Shown: positions 62,841 through 64,000 of the stretch, in pieces
Layout of the letters: the number at the start of each line of letters is the position of its first letter
Numbering within the stretch: position 1 is the first letter of the stretch
From: Klebsormidium nitens
Lineage: Eukaryota > Plantae > Klebsormidiophyceae
Assembly (NCBI GenBank): GCA_000708835.1
Contig: DF237282.1
Location: 37,019-101,018 of the forward strand
Direction of reading: 5' to 3'
Length of the DNA: 64,000 nucleotides
Notes under the pieces: model-generated
The model's database searches: none
Told to the model about the DNA's origin: nothing
What the model saw: the letters and a program-made list of their open reading frames with translations, nothing else
Program-made: the position numbers and the translations under genes

Positions 62841-64000
62841 TGCCGGACTAGATGCTCGCACGCGCAGATTGAGAGGCGCCCTTCAGATTCTGCCTTGCAG
62901 AAGATAGCAGTTAGCTTCAACGAAAGTAGACAGCGTGCTTGCTGATATCCGAGATGGTAAGGATTCGTTGGAAAATGTAACTCTGATGTCGGTTACGATA
63001 AGCTAGCAGTCCTGATCAACGGCTGACAGATGCACGCTGATGGTTCAATCATTTGCTAGCAGGCCGGGGAGCTATATATCTCTCATCTCACTCTCATGAA
63101 GTACATTTTATTGATTTCGAGAGGGCACCCTTGATCAACTCTCGGGGCGGCAACTAGGGTGCTAAACCGGACCCATGTTTTTGAGAAGAAACCGTAGTTT
63201 TTCTGTTTATCCAGAAAATTTTGGATATATTCATTCAAGTAATTTTCGACAAGAGCGCTTCAAGAGCATACCAAATAAATGGTTGGAACCAGATGTTGCT
63301 AAGAGCAGAGAGACGGTATGCTTCATTGCTAAAGTCCAGGCGGGTGGAATTCAAAATCTCATCATTGCTAAGAGCCCAATACCATAAATATAAGGGGTCT
63401 TGTTTCTGTTGTTTTATGCGCCGTGATTAATGCGTGATGCCTTTTGAAGCGCGATACGAGAAGTGCGCATCAACGGGATGGCATTGAAGTTTGGCACAGC
63501 ATCATGGATATATGGTCGACTCGATCCAGGTCCCACACAGGCTAGCTCCAGCCGTCGATCAGCTGGTTGTGAATAAGGAGACGTGCATGTGAACTTCAAC
63601 TAGCGATAAAGCATCTCGGCGTTTTGATTCTAGTTACCAAGCACCTTCGAAGCACTTGATCTAAGGACTTCTAAGTTGTGAGAAGCATATGTTTCATACG
63701 CCGATGGGTTGTTGAAGGCGTCGAGTGAAGCACCAAAAATCTTCACAACCTGCGAAAATGACTACTAAGGAAGACCCAATGCTAGAACTGAGAAATTGAC
63801 CGTCGTACCGACCGTCGATATATCAGACCACGATCGACGGCGAAAGCACCCGCCACAGCTCAGGCTTTCATCCGTCCGATGAGAAACGTAGCCGTCAATC
63901 GAAACCTGAGCCGTTGGATTCTGGGAGAAGAGCATCATGCAGCAAAATTGTGACTGGCAGATCTGCTGCATTGCATGGGCTGTGCCCGGCAACAAGTACA

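Noticed and set aside
1-64000. CRISPR arrays, rRNA, tRNA, prokaryotic operons or defence systems
   Set aside because: No repeat-spacer periodicity or RNA-gene signatures seen; the sequence is eukaryotic with spliceosomal introns.

Overview
Eukaryotic, intron-rich nuclear DNA. A plant-type NAC transcription factor, an RLK/Pelle receptor kinase and a plant-type RNF170 RING point to a streptophyte green alga such as Klebsormidium (inference). Genes assembled by hand across GT-AG introns: an STK11IP-like LRR gene (+, with a ~7.2 kb intron); a 12-exon receptor-like kinase with alternating lectin-like and PAN/Apple-like Cys-rich ectodomains; an RNF170-like E3 ligase (-); a divergent kinase with an unidentified N-terminal domain; a Pmp-repeat beta-helix + EGF protein with a probable GPI signal (-); and a NAC-domain gene whose NAC domain must be preceded by upstream exons. 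Mobile DNA: a decayed DIRS-type (tyrosine-recombinase) retrotransposon at ~18.5-24.9 kb. It has RT-RNaseH-methyltransferase on +, an inverted recombinase on -, terminal direct repeats and an apparently spliced gag-like ORF. Three short TIR elements are present: CACTA with an ACG TSD inside the DIRS pol, PIF/Harbinger-like with a TTA TSD, and Tc1/mariner-like with a TA TSD. Decayed partial copies of exon boundaries recur beside real exons at several loci. No rRNA, tRNA or CRISPR features were seen. All family assignments are by motif recognition; no database search was run.
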